Notes under the pieces: model-generated
What the model was told of the DNA's origin: nothing
Database searches by the model: none
Seen by the model: the letters and a program-made list of their open reading frames with translations, nothing else
Part shown: piece after piece, positions 40,222 to 52,019 of the stretch
Numbering within the stretch: the stretch's first letter is position 1
Layout of the letters: each line of letters starts with the position of its first letter
Program-made: the position numbers and the translations under genes
NCBI GenBank assembly: GCA_951406725.2
Contig: OX597816.1
Span: forward strand, 77,810,001-77,874,000
DNA: 64,000 bases
Origin: Octopus vulgaris
Lineage: Eukaryota
Direction of reading: 5' to 3'

Positions 40222-41115
40222 TCAAGATTTTAAATTTGAGAGCACTGCATAAATTAAACATATTTATCTGACCAAGGGTCATCAGACAACATACATCTAA
40301 CGACCAGTACTTTCGAATTCAAACAGATGAATGAGATCTCGTATTCTTCCTCACTCACCCACGTGTGCTGAGTAAAATTCTACAAAAAAATCAAAAAAAC
40401 TGTAGTTTACTATCAGGGAGAGAATTATATTATCAATAATAATAAAGGGTAAAATTAATTAATTAGATTTTACCAAGTAGTTCGGTATGTTAAAAGAACC
40501 ATTATCGGTAAACTTAAACAATTTTTTTTTTTTATAATTATGAGTATAATTATAATTAGGGTTCAGAAAAAATTTGCTTCACCACATACCGAAATTTAGA
40601 AATAGCATTTAAAACTAACTATTTCTCTACCATAAGAAAATCTCCCAGACAACAATACTCAACAACCCACACAGGTAAAGAGAAAAAATAACGAATCCAC
40701 CTGGCTTTGATTAACTGTATACACGTTTCGGAGTTAGATAGATGGGAAAAATGTAAAAACCATATTTCCACTCTATTATTCTCACTCTTCAGTCTCATCT
40801 ACTAGTCGTTAGATGTATGTTGTCTGATGACGCTTGGTCAGATAAGTATGTTTAATTTTTACAGTGCTTTCAAATTTAAAATCTTGAATTATTGTACTGA
40901 AGAGTGAGAATGATAGAGTGGAAATGTGGTTTTTACATTTTTCACATCTATCTAACTCCGAAACGCGTATACAGTTAATAATTAGGGTTGCTGAACCTTA
41001 ATTATAATTATTAAAAAAAAATTTGTTTAAGTTCACCGATAATGGTTCTTTTAACATACCGAACTACTTGGTAAAATTATTAATTAATTAATTTTACCCT
41101 TTATTATTATTATTA
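40222..41115. mobile_element. Inverted, permuted duplication of a hammerhead-bearing Penelope-type repeat
   Basis: 40222-40309 inverts 40800-40887; 40711-40793 inverts 40896-40978; ~40434-40566 inverts ~40991-41112. Confidence 0.8.
40893..40973 (+). ncRNA. Type I hammerhead ribozyme with long helix II
   Basis: UGUA-CUGAAGA-G(U)GAG..long hairpin..CUCC-GAAACGCGUA-UACA; core intact. Confidence 0.8.
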
Positions 41116-41295
41116 TTACTTTTTTTTCTTCTTTCAAATTTGCTTCCATTTCTTACCGAGTGTCTTCCCGACTCCTAGGGCAAAGAAACTCATAGTATAC
41201 ATTGGTAGGCCATTAAACCAAACTCAATAGTTCGTTCATTTTTTTTTTTTAAGTTAAATTAAAATACATGAGCAGCAACAGTTCTCACATCGACA

Positions 41296-41348
<53 letters not shown>

Positions 41349-41350
<2 letters not shown>

Positions 41351-41734
41351 TATGTTTGACTTTTGCTTTATGTCTGTACAAGTTGGCTCCAAGTCTCACC
41401 CAGAGACCTCAAGAGACAACAAGTTGGAAGTTCTGTGCCATATATTTGGGTTTTTTTTCTTTTTCCTTTCTTTTTTTTTTGGTGTTGTTCTAGTGAATGT
41501 CTAATACATAAAAATAAAAGAAAAAAAAAATTTTTTTAAATAAAAAAAAGTTTGTTTTAAACCTTGGGATTACATAGAGAGTATTTTGCGTTGGATATGA
41601 GCAGTTCCGATGAGCACTATCTTTTGAATTTCTGCCATTTTGGGGTTTCCTGGTATCTGAGTTAGGTAGCAATCAGTCCCTTTCGCTATCATTCCCAGGG
41701 CACCTATGACAACAGGTATTGTTTTAGTCTTCAG
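41349..41734 (-). mobile_element. R4/Dong-like non-LTR element 3' fragment
   Basis: LKTKTIPVVIGALGMIAKG..EIQKIVLIGTAHIQRKILSM*; 3' end in (TAA)n. Confidence 0.8.
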
Positions 41735-41906
41735 TATTCTGAAGACGTTCTTTTAGCGAAAAGAAAAGGTGTAAAAACCACGAATTTAATATACACAGAT
41801 ATTAATATACACATTTACAAGTATGCACAAGCACGGATGCATGTACACATGTATATCAGACATGGACAATTATGCATAAACACACATGGGCACAAGCATG
41901 TATACC

Positions 41907-41998
<92 letters not shown>

Positions 41999-42005
41999 TA
42001 ATAAT

Positions 42006-42037
<32 letters not shown>

Positions 42038-42263
42038 CAATCAATATAAGGGTAACAAAAAATTCAAGAAAAAATTTTCTGCCACCAGCGGTCAAGTGAG
42101 AAAATAGGAATAGTCACAGACTATATGATACATTCAACAGAATATTAAGGAATGACCCTGAGAAGGTCGTTCGACTCACTTGAAAAGAGCAGCTAAAACT
42201 CAAAACCGCAAAAAATAGTAATTCTGAGACTAGAGGAAAATAAAAAACATTTATCCCCTTCAA

Positions 42264-42359
42264 ACTTTGTACCCTGCAAGGTTTCAACATCTTCACGCAA
42301 TCAAATTTAATTAAATTAAATTAAATCCGTTTACGCTTGGCTTGTCTCGTCAGCAAAGT
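42264..42359 (-). ncRNA. Type I hammerhead ribozyme, unit 1
   Basis: ACUUUG-CUGACGA-GACA..UGUU-GAAA-CCUUGCAGGG-UA^CAAAGU; predicted cut between 42270 and 42269. Confidence 0.88.
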
Positions 42360-42744
42360 CACCAAAATAGGAGGCAGATATATATATACGAGGCTACACC
42401 AATCTAAGCCTCGGGTCTATATATCGTAAATTTTCGAATTCACCGTAATCGCGCCATCTACTCCGCAGCAAATATAAGCTGCTGATACAAATTTCAGAAT
42501 TAGTCAAAAATTCATTAATCAATCAATATAAGGGTAACAAAAAATTCAAGAAAAATTTTCTGCCACCAGCGGTCAAGTGAGAAAATAGAAATAGTCACAG
42601 ACTATATGATACATTCAACAAAATATTAAGGAATGACCCTGAGAAGGTCGTTCGACTCACTTGAAAAGAGCAGCTAAAACTCAAAACCGCAAAAAATAGT
42701 AATTCTGAAACTAGAGGAAAATAAAAAACATTTATCCCCTTCAA

Positions 42745-42840
42745 ACTTTGTACCCTGCAAGGTTTCAACATCTTCACGCAATCAAATTTAATTAAATTAA
42801 ATTAAATCCGTTTACGCTTGGCTTGTCTCATCAGCAAAGT
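42745..42840 (-). ncRNA. Type I hammerhead ribozyme, unit 2
   Basis: Same fold with CUGAUGA; predicted cut between 42751 and 42750. Confidence 0.88.
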
Positions 42841-42939
42841 CACCAAAATAGGAGGCAGATATATATACACGAGGCTACACCATCTAAGCCTCGGGTCTAT
42901 ATATCGTAAATTTTCGAATTCACCGTAATCGCGCCATCT

Positions 42940-43005
<66 letters not shown>

Positions 43006-43966
43006 ATATACAAATATACATTTTCAGGTATACATGCTTGTGCCCATGTGTGTTTATGCATAATTGTCCATGTCTGATATACGTGTGTACATGCATCCGT
43101 GCTTGTGCATACTTGTAAATGTGTATATTAATATCTGTGTATATTAAATTCGTGGTTTTTACACCTTTTCTTTTCGCTAAAAGAATGTCTTCAGAATAAG
43201 CTATTTATTAGCGAAAGAATGGTGTACATTTATATTTAAATTATAAATAGATTTGAAGTGTGTCTTTAAATAATATATACAAAAAAGTATCCAATAAACA
43301 AATGACATTAACATGTATGCAATTTCAGCCTCTCAAAAGAAGAATTGCACGTATTAACGAAATCATTCGTTTTTCAGAAAATATATATTTTAACAGTTTC
43401 TTTTTCAGTGGGTGCTTTATACTTATTAGTAATTTTCATCAATTAAAGATAAATTATTTTAGTGTATATATGACGATCACAAAAACGCCATTATAAAACG
43501 ACAATTACGTTTAGCCATAACGGATTCATTTCAAGCATAAAAGACATTATTGGGTAATCATTGGCGTAAAATTAAAAATAGAGAAGTTATATTATTTTGT
43601 AGAAAGAGAAATATACTGTTATTTTGTTGTTATATTTACATAATAAGGAAGTATTATAGTAATATCGAGAATATTTTTTGTTGTTATTTTTTATGTTCCG
43701 AGTGAAAGTCCCGCTGGGGCCGGATTTTGCCTTTCATCTTGCTCAGATCAATGAAATATCAGTCAAGTATTTATATTTGTTTGCTTATTTTTTATATCAT
43801 GAACTGAAGGAACGATAATATCGTTGATTGTAGTCTTCTAATATATGAATCACTGGCTCAATGCATTTCAGGTGGCGAAAGTGACACGAGGGTATGTGTA
43901 CAACTTTGGCTATATAATTATCAAAATGTCCTTACGTATATATACAGAGAGAGAGAGAAAGAGAGT

Positions 43967-44008
<42 letters not shown>

Positions 44009-44068
44009 CTCTTGAAGCTATATTTCATTATATATGCTGTTGCGTTTTAACACTGGTCAGCCATGATC

Positions 44069-44301
44069 TATTTCTTTACTCCCCACAAGGGGCTAAACAC
44101 AGAGGGGACAAACAAGGACAGACAAACGGATTAAGTTGATTACATCGACCTCAGTGTGTAACTGGTACCTAATTTATCGACCCCGAAAGGATGAAAGGCA
44201 AAGTCGACGTCGGCGGAATTTGAACTCAGAACGTAACGGCAGACGAAATACGGCTACGCATTTCACCCGGCGTGCTAACATTTTTGCCAGCTCGCCGCCT
44301 T
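44069..44301 (-). mobile_element. Dominant-family SINE, full length, with Tx1-like tail
   Basis: 16-bp TSD CTGGTCAGCCATGATC (44053-44068 / 44302-44317). Confidence 0.92.
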
Positions 44302-44569
44302 CTGGTCAGCCATGATCAAGCTCTCCTCTACTCCTTTAATGATTTTAATGAAGAATATTACCTCTCACGTCACTTGTAAAGATGAACCTGCTATACGGTT
44401 ACAATATCTGGTCAAATATAGTTGGTTCGGTGATTTTCGCAGCCCTTGTCATCTTCATGCAATATATCTTCGCTATTCATGTACGTTGTTGCTGTTATTT
44501 AGCGCCAGGTCTGTTGTGACAATTCTGTCTTTTCAAATACATTTTATCTCAAGCTATATTACACCATCT

Positions 44570-44953
44570 GTAGAAGCACTCCGTCGGTAACGACGATGAG
44601 GGTTCCGGTTGATCCGATCAACGGAACAGCCTGCTCGTGAAATTAACGTGTAAGTGGCTGAGCACTCCACAGACACGTGTACCCTTAACGTAGTTCTCGG
44701 GGATATTCAGCGTGACACAGAGAGTGACAAGGCCGGCCCTTTGAAATACAGGTACATCAGAAACAGGAAGTAAGAGTGAGAGAAAGTTGTGGTGAAAGAG
44801 TACAGCAGGGATCACCACCATCCCTGCCGGAGCCTCGTGGAGCTTTAGGTGTTTTCGCTCAATAAACACTCACAATGCCCGGTCTGGGAATCGAAACCGC
44901 GATCCTATGACCGCGAGTCCGCTGCCCTAACCACTGGGCCATTGCGCCTCCAC
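44570..44953 (-). mobile_element. tRNA-derived SINE (head A, tail Y)
   Basis: A and B boxes; 12-bp TSD ATTACACCATCT (44558-44569 / 44954-44965). Confidence 0.92.
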
Positions 44954-44969
44954 ATTACACCATCTAAAA

Positions 44970-45178
44970 GGTGGCGAGCTGGCAGAAACATTAGCACGCC
45001 GGGTGAAATGCTTAGCAGTATTTCGTCTGTCTTTATGTTCTGAGCCCAAATTCCGCCGAGGTCGACTTTGCCTTTCATCCTTTCGGGAGTCGATAAATTA
45101 AGTACCAGTTGCATACTGAAGTCGATCTAATCGACTGGCACCCGCCTCCCAAAATTTCGGGCCTAGAACAGAAAAGTA
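44970..45178 (+). mobile_element. Dominant tRNA-derived SINE
   Basis: Full-length copy. Confidence 0.88.
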
Positions 45179-47322
45179 TGTTACTCTATCTGAGTTTCTC
45201 ATTTTTATAAAAGCAATATAATGTGTTTTGAGAGGGATATTCTTAGCGGATAAGCAACCGTATATGAAGCTCCCTCATTGTCTCTTAGTGCTTCTACCTA
45301 TTTAGCCATGTAGTAAATAATTATAATTCACAATTTACTCTATAATTAGTTAATGCTTCCTTGCTTCGCAACGATCAGTTCAATTCTTTTTTGTGGGCCA
45401 ATTAAACTGAATGCTATAAAGGAGGCCGCTTCACAACTCGTCTCCGTTAAATATAGAATCTGGGCCATAGTCTTTATTAAATACTGTATCGTAATGATCC
45501 GTGGACCTCGGTCTATGCTACGTTGATGTCATAAGGCAGAACACTACCAGCACGTGTGTATCTTAGTCAACAAGGAGAATTTACATGAGGCTATGAGCAT
45601 TCATTTAAGTGCCGTTCACCCTGCTTCAACATAGCAGCCAGATCTGCTTCAAACTACATTTTACTGTCTTACAAAAGCATGAAGGAAACACTGGATAATC
45701 CTAAACACAATAACTGAGACTGACATGACAAAAACCATTGATCGTGAATTACTTTCGCCAGGAATGACCTGGGATGGTCAACAACAATTCATACTTGCTT
45801 TCGGAGTCGATATCAAATGCAAAAAAGAAAGAACGAAAGGCAAAGTTGACAACAACAGGAGCTGCATCCTGTTGTGGTAAAAGAACGCCCCAGTACTGCC
45901 ACTATAATCCCTTACTATCATCCATTAGTAATAGTTACAATGTCATCCACACTGTTTATATGAGATGTCATTGAATGCCATATAAGGTTTCTCTCCTCCC
46001 TCAATGAATCTGTACCAGTTAGTCAGTAAGAAAACCAGACCGTTGAAGGATCTGTTAGGTCATCATTAGGGAGACTTATAACCAGCGCATTCAGCCACTG
46101 GATTACAACGTGATTACTTTATCTCCATAGAACATATCGAGTCTGATTAAATCAAACAGATCCAATCTGTCTCTAGGCAACGAAACACTCGTCAACACTA
46201 TGCAACACTACCGCTATTTATAGCTATATACTTAAACAAGAAAGCTATAGTACCTTTTTTTTACAGTTAGATTAATTGTACAGCATGGATTTTATCTTGA
46301 TGAAAGACACCATATAGTGTATATGACAGGATACAAACCACTAATCTTCTAGGGCAAGTAGTCCAACATCTTGTCGTCTTAGCAAACTATGCAATTATTT
46401 TCTAACGTAAAATAAGTACTTCGTTAAACAAAGTGCTTGTAACATTATGTAAACCACCACTGCATATACTAGTAATGTCACCACCATCACCACCACCACC
46501 ATCACAACCATCATTATCACCACCACCACCACCACCGCCGCCGCCAAACTATCCTCATAAGATGACTTGTTCAAATGAGAACTCAAATAAAGCAAGCACA
46601 AAAGAGATGATTATAAAATTAAATTTTACAATAGTGTAGTCGTATATCTTTCTGAAACTGAAATTGAATAGAAACATTTATACGCACGCGCGCGCGCGCA
46701 CGTTGAAAAGTTTAATAATCTGCGTGTGTGTGTGTGTGTGTGCATGAATGTATGCATATACATATAAACTGAGGGTTCATACTATAGGAAGGAAAAATAT
46801 AAAGATTTGTGGAAACATTCAACAACATTACGGACACATGAAACTAATCTCTCAACTACTTCGCTGCACTGCTTGAGTGATACGTGAAAACAACATTTGT
46901 ATTCTACGTAAGAACCTCAAGGGTCTTCCCCAACGGCATAGCTCAGTTGTATCACTGTTAACTTCAGCAGTGACCATTAAGTTAACATAACTAGAAGAGT
47001 GAAGAACAGTTCATTTATGAATTTTTGATGCGATGATTCCCGTTGGTACTTGCTGAGAGATGAATTATCCTTGTAACCAATCAAGGTAATCAAACAAAGT
47101 TTCAATCTCAAGTAACCAATTATCTGTAATTTCTATTTAAATAACATCATTTCCACAATGTCAAAAGATTTCACACTGTCAGTTTCTTTCACTATGCTGG
47201 TTCCATGGGAATCGAAGTGATTTTCGTTTCTTGAGCACTAAGCAATTTTCTGTTGATCACTTTATATTGTTATACACACACAAACACACACATGTGTATA
47301 TGCGCAAACATATATGCTTATA

Positions 47323-47361
<39 letters not shown>

Positions 47362-47452
47362 CTATCTCTATATATATTTATCTATCTCTATATATAGACA
47401 TATGTATATACACATACATATATATACTGATATATATGTATGTGTGATATAT

Positions 47453-47501
<49 letters not shown>

Positions 47502-47537
47502 AAATAATTAAAGGGCGGGCAGCAGGCTGCCTCGCCG

Positions 47538-47609
<72 letters not shown>

Positions 47610-47678
47610 GAGATAGATAGATATAGATAGATAGATAGATAGACATACGTACATACATGCATACATATATGTCTCCGT

Positions 47679-47794
<116 letters not shown>

Positions 47795-48154
47795 GTGTGT
47801 GTGTGTGTGTGTGTGATAAAAATGACAATAAATAGTTCGTAAACACAAGGGGGCGAGTTGCAGAATCGTTTGCACGTCAGACAACATGCTTAGCGGCATT
47901 TCTTCAAACTCTTTAAGTTCTTAGTTCAAATCCCACCAAGGTCAACTTTGCCTTTTATTGATTTGAGGCCGATTAGATAAAGTACCAGTCAAGTGCTGCA
48001 GACGATGTAATCGACGGATTTTAAACCATGGGACTCAAGAAAAGTAAAGAATAAATCTAGCAAACGTGTTTCGTTGAGAACAGTTTAGCGCAAAGCAACG
48101 AAGAAGAAAAGTAATTCAATGTCAGAATAATGATGGTATTAATAATAATAATTA

Positions 48155-49046
48155 TCTTTTCTACAACAGGCACAAGGCCTGAAATTTTAGGGGAGTGGGG
48201 TTTAGTCGATTACATCGGCCCCAGTGCTCAATTGGAACATATTTCATCGATCTCGAAAATCGAGGGCAAGGTCGACGCCGACGGAATTTGAGTTCAAAAC
48301 GTAAAGCCGGAAGAAATTCAGCTAAGCATGTTGTCCGGTGTGTTAATGATTCTGCCAGCATGTTGCCTTTACAATATTCATAATGATCCTTTCTACTCAA
48401 GCACAAGGCCAACAATTTCGGGAGAGGGAGTAAGTCGATTACACTGACGCCAGTGTTCAACTAGTACTTATTTTATCGATGCCGAAAGAATGAAAGGCAA
48501 AGATGACCTCGGCAGAATTTGAACTCAGAACACACAGACGGACGAAGCGCTTCCAAGCATTTGACTTCGCGTGCTAATGATTCTGTCAGCTCGCCACCTT
48601 CTTAATAAGGATTTTAAATGTTGGCACAAGGCCAGTAATTTCGGGGGAGAAGGTAAGTCGATTACACCGATCCCAGTGTTCAACTTATACTGATTTTATC
48701 GACCCCCAAAAGGATGGAAGACAAATCGACCTGGAGGGAATTTGAACTCAGAACGTACTGACAGACAAAATGCCGCTAAGCATTTTGCCCGGCGTGCTAA
48801 CGATTCTGCCAGCTCGTCGCCTTAATAAAAATAATAATCCTTTCTACTATAGGTATAAGGCCTGAAGTTTTGAGGAGGGGTATAATCGATTAAATCGATC
48901 CTAGTACTCGACTGGTACTTACTTTATCGACCCGGAAAGGATGAAAAACAAAGTCGACCTCGGCAGAATTTGAACTCAGAAAATACTGACGGACGAATTG
49001 CTGCTAAGCATTTCGCCCACGATTTTGCCAGCTTACCGCCTTAATA

Positions 49047-49114
<68 letters not shown>

Positions 49115-49200
49115 TGGTTTCAAATTTTGGCACAAGACGAGCAAGTTCAAGTGTGTAAATTAGATCAACCCCTGTCCTCAACTGGTACATATTTTATCGA
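48155..49200 (-). mobile_element. Head-to-tail cluster of 4 full and 1 partial dominant SINE copies
   Basis: Diverged copies separated by short (AAT) spacers. Confidence 0.88.
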
Positions 49201-49863
49201 AATTATATTAATAGAATCAGTTTTACGTACACAGAAAAGAGCTAAGCACATCTTGGAAGAATAGAGATGGACGCCCTGAGAAAGATGAAGTGAGGTACCA
49301 AAGAGAGAATAAAACACAAAAAACCTGAATATTATTGTCGCTTATAAGTCGACACGTTGTCTTGTAATTGACGTGGCATATCTCTTTGAGGTAAGAAAAG
49401 GGGAAATTAGGAGAATAGATCTATGATCAAAGGCATTCGTACAATGACCATCCCTTCTTTGTAGAAACATAATCCGCCAAGGGCTTTAATGTGTCGAAGA
49501 CAGTCACAGGTAATCGTTTTTTTTATCATTTTAAGTCCGCTTCACTTCTTAGCAACTATCAATTAGTACAATCTCTGGAGATGTGTTTTCCTATGTCACG
49601 CACCATTGGTTTCCCCCCTTTGAGAGAAAGAAATGAGAAAACGAAACAGATAGTGACACAGACAAAAATACTACACGCACATATATACATACATGCAGGT
49701 GTATATGTGTGTGCGTGTGTGTGTATGTATACACACACACATATATGAATGCATGTATATAAATAAATAAATATATATATATATAATAGTTATCGCTGCC
49801 GTTGTTCTCTTTTAGAGAGACTTAGTAATTTTAATATTTCTATTATATATATATATATATATA

Positions 49864-50027
49864 GGCGCAGGAGTGGCTGTGTGGTAAGTAGCTTGCTAAC
49901 CAACCACATGATTCCGGGTTCAGTGGCATCTTGGGCAAGTGTCTTCTGCTATAGCCTCGGGCCGACCAAAGCCTTGTGAGTGGATTTGGTAGACGGAAGA
50001 AACTGAAAGAAGCCTGTCGTGTATATG

Positions 50028-50097
<70 letters not shown>

Positions 50098-50317
50098 TGT
50101 GTATATGTTTGTGTATCTGTGTTTGTCCCTCTAGCATTGCTTGACAGCCGGTGCTGGTGTGTTTACGTCCCCGTCACTTAGCGGTTCGGCAAAAGAGACC
50201 GATAGAATAAGTACTGGGCTTACAAAGAATAAGTCCCGGGGTCAATTTGCTCGACTAAAGGCGGTGCTCCAGCATGGCCGCAGTCAAATAACTGAAACAA
50301 GTAAAAGAGTAAAAGAG
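49864..50317 (+). mobile_element. tRNA-derived SINE with an internal microsatellite
   Basis: GGCGCAGGAGTGGCTGTGTGGTAAG..CGGGTTCAGT; internal (TA)n; tail GTAAAAGAG. Confidence 0.88.
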
Positions 50318-51217
50318 AGAGAGAATATATATATGTGTGTGTGTATATACAAACACACACATATATGTTTATGTATGTATACAACAAATTAGAATATGTA
50401 TGTATATATAGTTGTGCGTGTGTGTGTGTTATTCTACTAGATACACTCTCTGATTAATTCACTAACCGTTGACTGTGTTCTAATATTCTGACTAATAACC
50501 TACCTGTGTCACAGGAGTAGTCGCTAAGGAAGTTGGTAGGTGCTAGATTGCTGAGTACAGGGTAGACGATTTGTATCAAGACTTTGACACCATATTTTTA
50601 ACTAATCCTAAATATTAGGTCATTTAGTTACAAATAGGTACCAAAGGTATATAAGTCACACTGTTTTCGAGTGATTTATTTAATTCACAGACGTTATCTT
50701 GTAATACAGAATTTAAATCCTATCAAACTTATGGCTTTGAAATGGATGATCTTCGAAATGGGTAACCTGAATTTTTATGATATTTCTGTAACGATGAAGA
50801 TTCGTTGTTGCTAATGTATAGATGGCACTGAGTCGAGCAGTCGCTGCACATTCATTAGCATGGAAGAGACCATCGCAACACGAAATAGAAGAGTTAAGCA
50901 ACAGCATGTCACAGAATATTGAATGGAACCTGCAAAGAAAGTAATAACAGTAATAATGGTTTCTAATTTAAGCAAGAGGCTAATAACTTTGAGAAGAGGA
51001 TGTTAGTCATGGAGCCCAGTGCTTGAGAGGTACTTTATTTCATTCATTTGATTATTTCAAAAAAATGATAAAGTTAATCTCGGCGGGATTTGAACTTGGA
51101 ACGTAAAGTAATAATAGTAATATTGTTTCTAATCTACGCACAAAGCCAACTATTTTGAAAAGACGGGGAGATGTCGATACCGTTGATCTACGTACTTAAC
51201 TTTTAATTCATATTACC

Positions 51218-51957
51218 TATTTCTTTACTACCCACAAGGGGCTAAACACAGGGAGAACAAACAAGGACAGACAAACGGATTAAGTCGATTACATCGAAAC
51301 CAGTGCGTAACTGGTACTCAATTTATCGACCCCGAAAGGATGAAAGGTAAAGTCGACCTCGGCGGAATTTGAACTCAGAACGTAGCGGCAGACGAAATAC
51401 CTATTTCTTTGCTACCCACAAAGGGCTAAACACAGGGAGAACAAACAAGGACAGACAAACGGATTAAGTCGATTACATCGAAACCAGTGCGTAACTGGTA
51501 CTTAATTTATCGACCCCGAAAGGATGAAAGGCAAAGTCGACCTCGGCGGAATTTGAACTCAGAACGTAGCGGCAGACGAAATACCTATTTCTTTGCTACC
51601 CACAAAGGGCTAAACACAGGGAGAACAAACAAGGACAGACAAACGGATTAAGTCGATTACATCGAAACCAGTGCGTAACTGGTACTTAATTTATCGACCC
51701 CGAAAGGATGAAAGGCAAAGTCGACCTCGGCGGAATTTGAACTCAGAACGTAGCGGCAGACGAAATACCTATTTCTTTGCTACCCGCAATGGGCTAAACA
51801 CAGAGAGGACAAACAAGGACAGACAAACGGATTAAGTCGATTACATCGAATCCAGTGCGTAACTGGTACTTAATTTATCGACCCCGAAAGGATGAAAGGC
51901 AAAGTCGACCTCGGCGGAATTTGAACTCAGAACGTAGCGGCAGACGAAATACCGCTA
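51218..51957 (-). repeat. Tandem tetramer of a 184-bp SINE segment
   Basis: Period 184; flanked by the 16-bp direct repeat TTTAATTCATATTACC (51202-51217 / 51958-51973). Confidence 0.95.
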
Positions 51958-52019
51958 TTTAATTCATATTACCATGGATGAATGGCAAGGTTAACACCAG
52001 CGGAATTCGAACTCCGGAA

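Larger units (their letters stand above)
42036..42941 (-). mobile_element. 481-bp tandem repeat (1.9 units) with hammerhead ribozymes; retrozyme or Penelope pLTR-like
   Basis: 42036-42460 repeats at 42518-42940 with few differences; flanked by (TA)n. Confidence 0.85.
41735..43198. repeat. 173-bp inverted repeat (41735-41907 / 43026-43198)
   Basis: About 2 mismatches by eye; encloses the hammerhead tandem. Confidence 0.95.

Noticed and set aside
51218-51957. CRISPR-like periodic array
   Set aside because: Whole 184-bp units repeat with no unique spacers; eukaryotic SINE sequence; no cas genes
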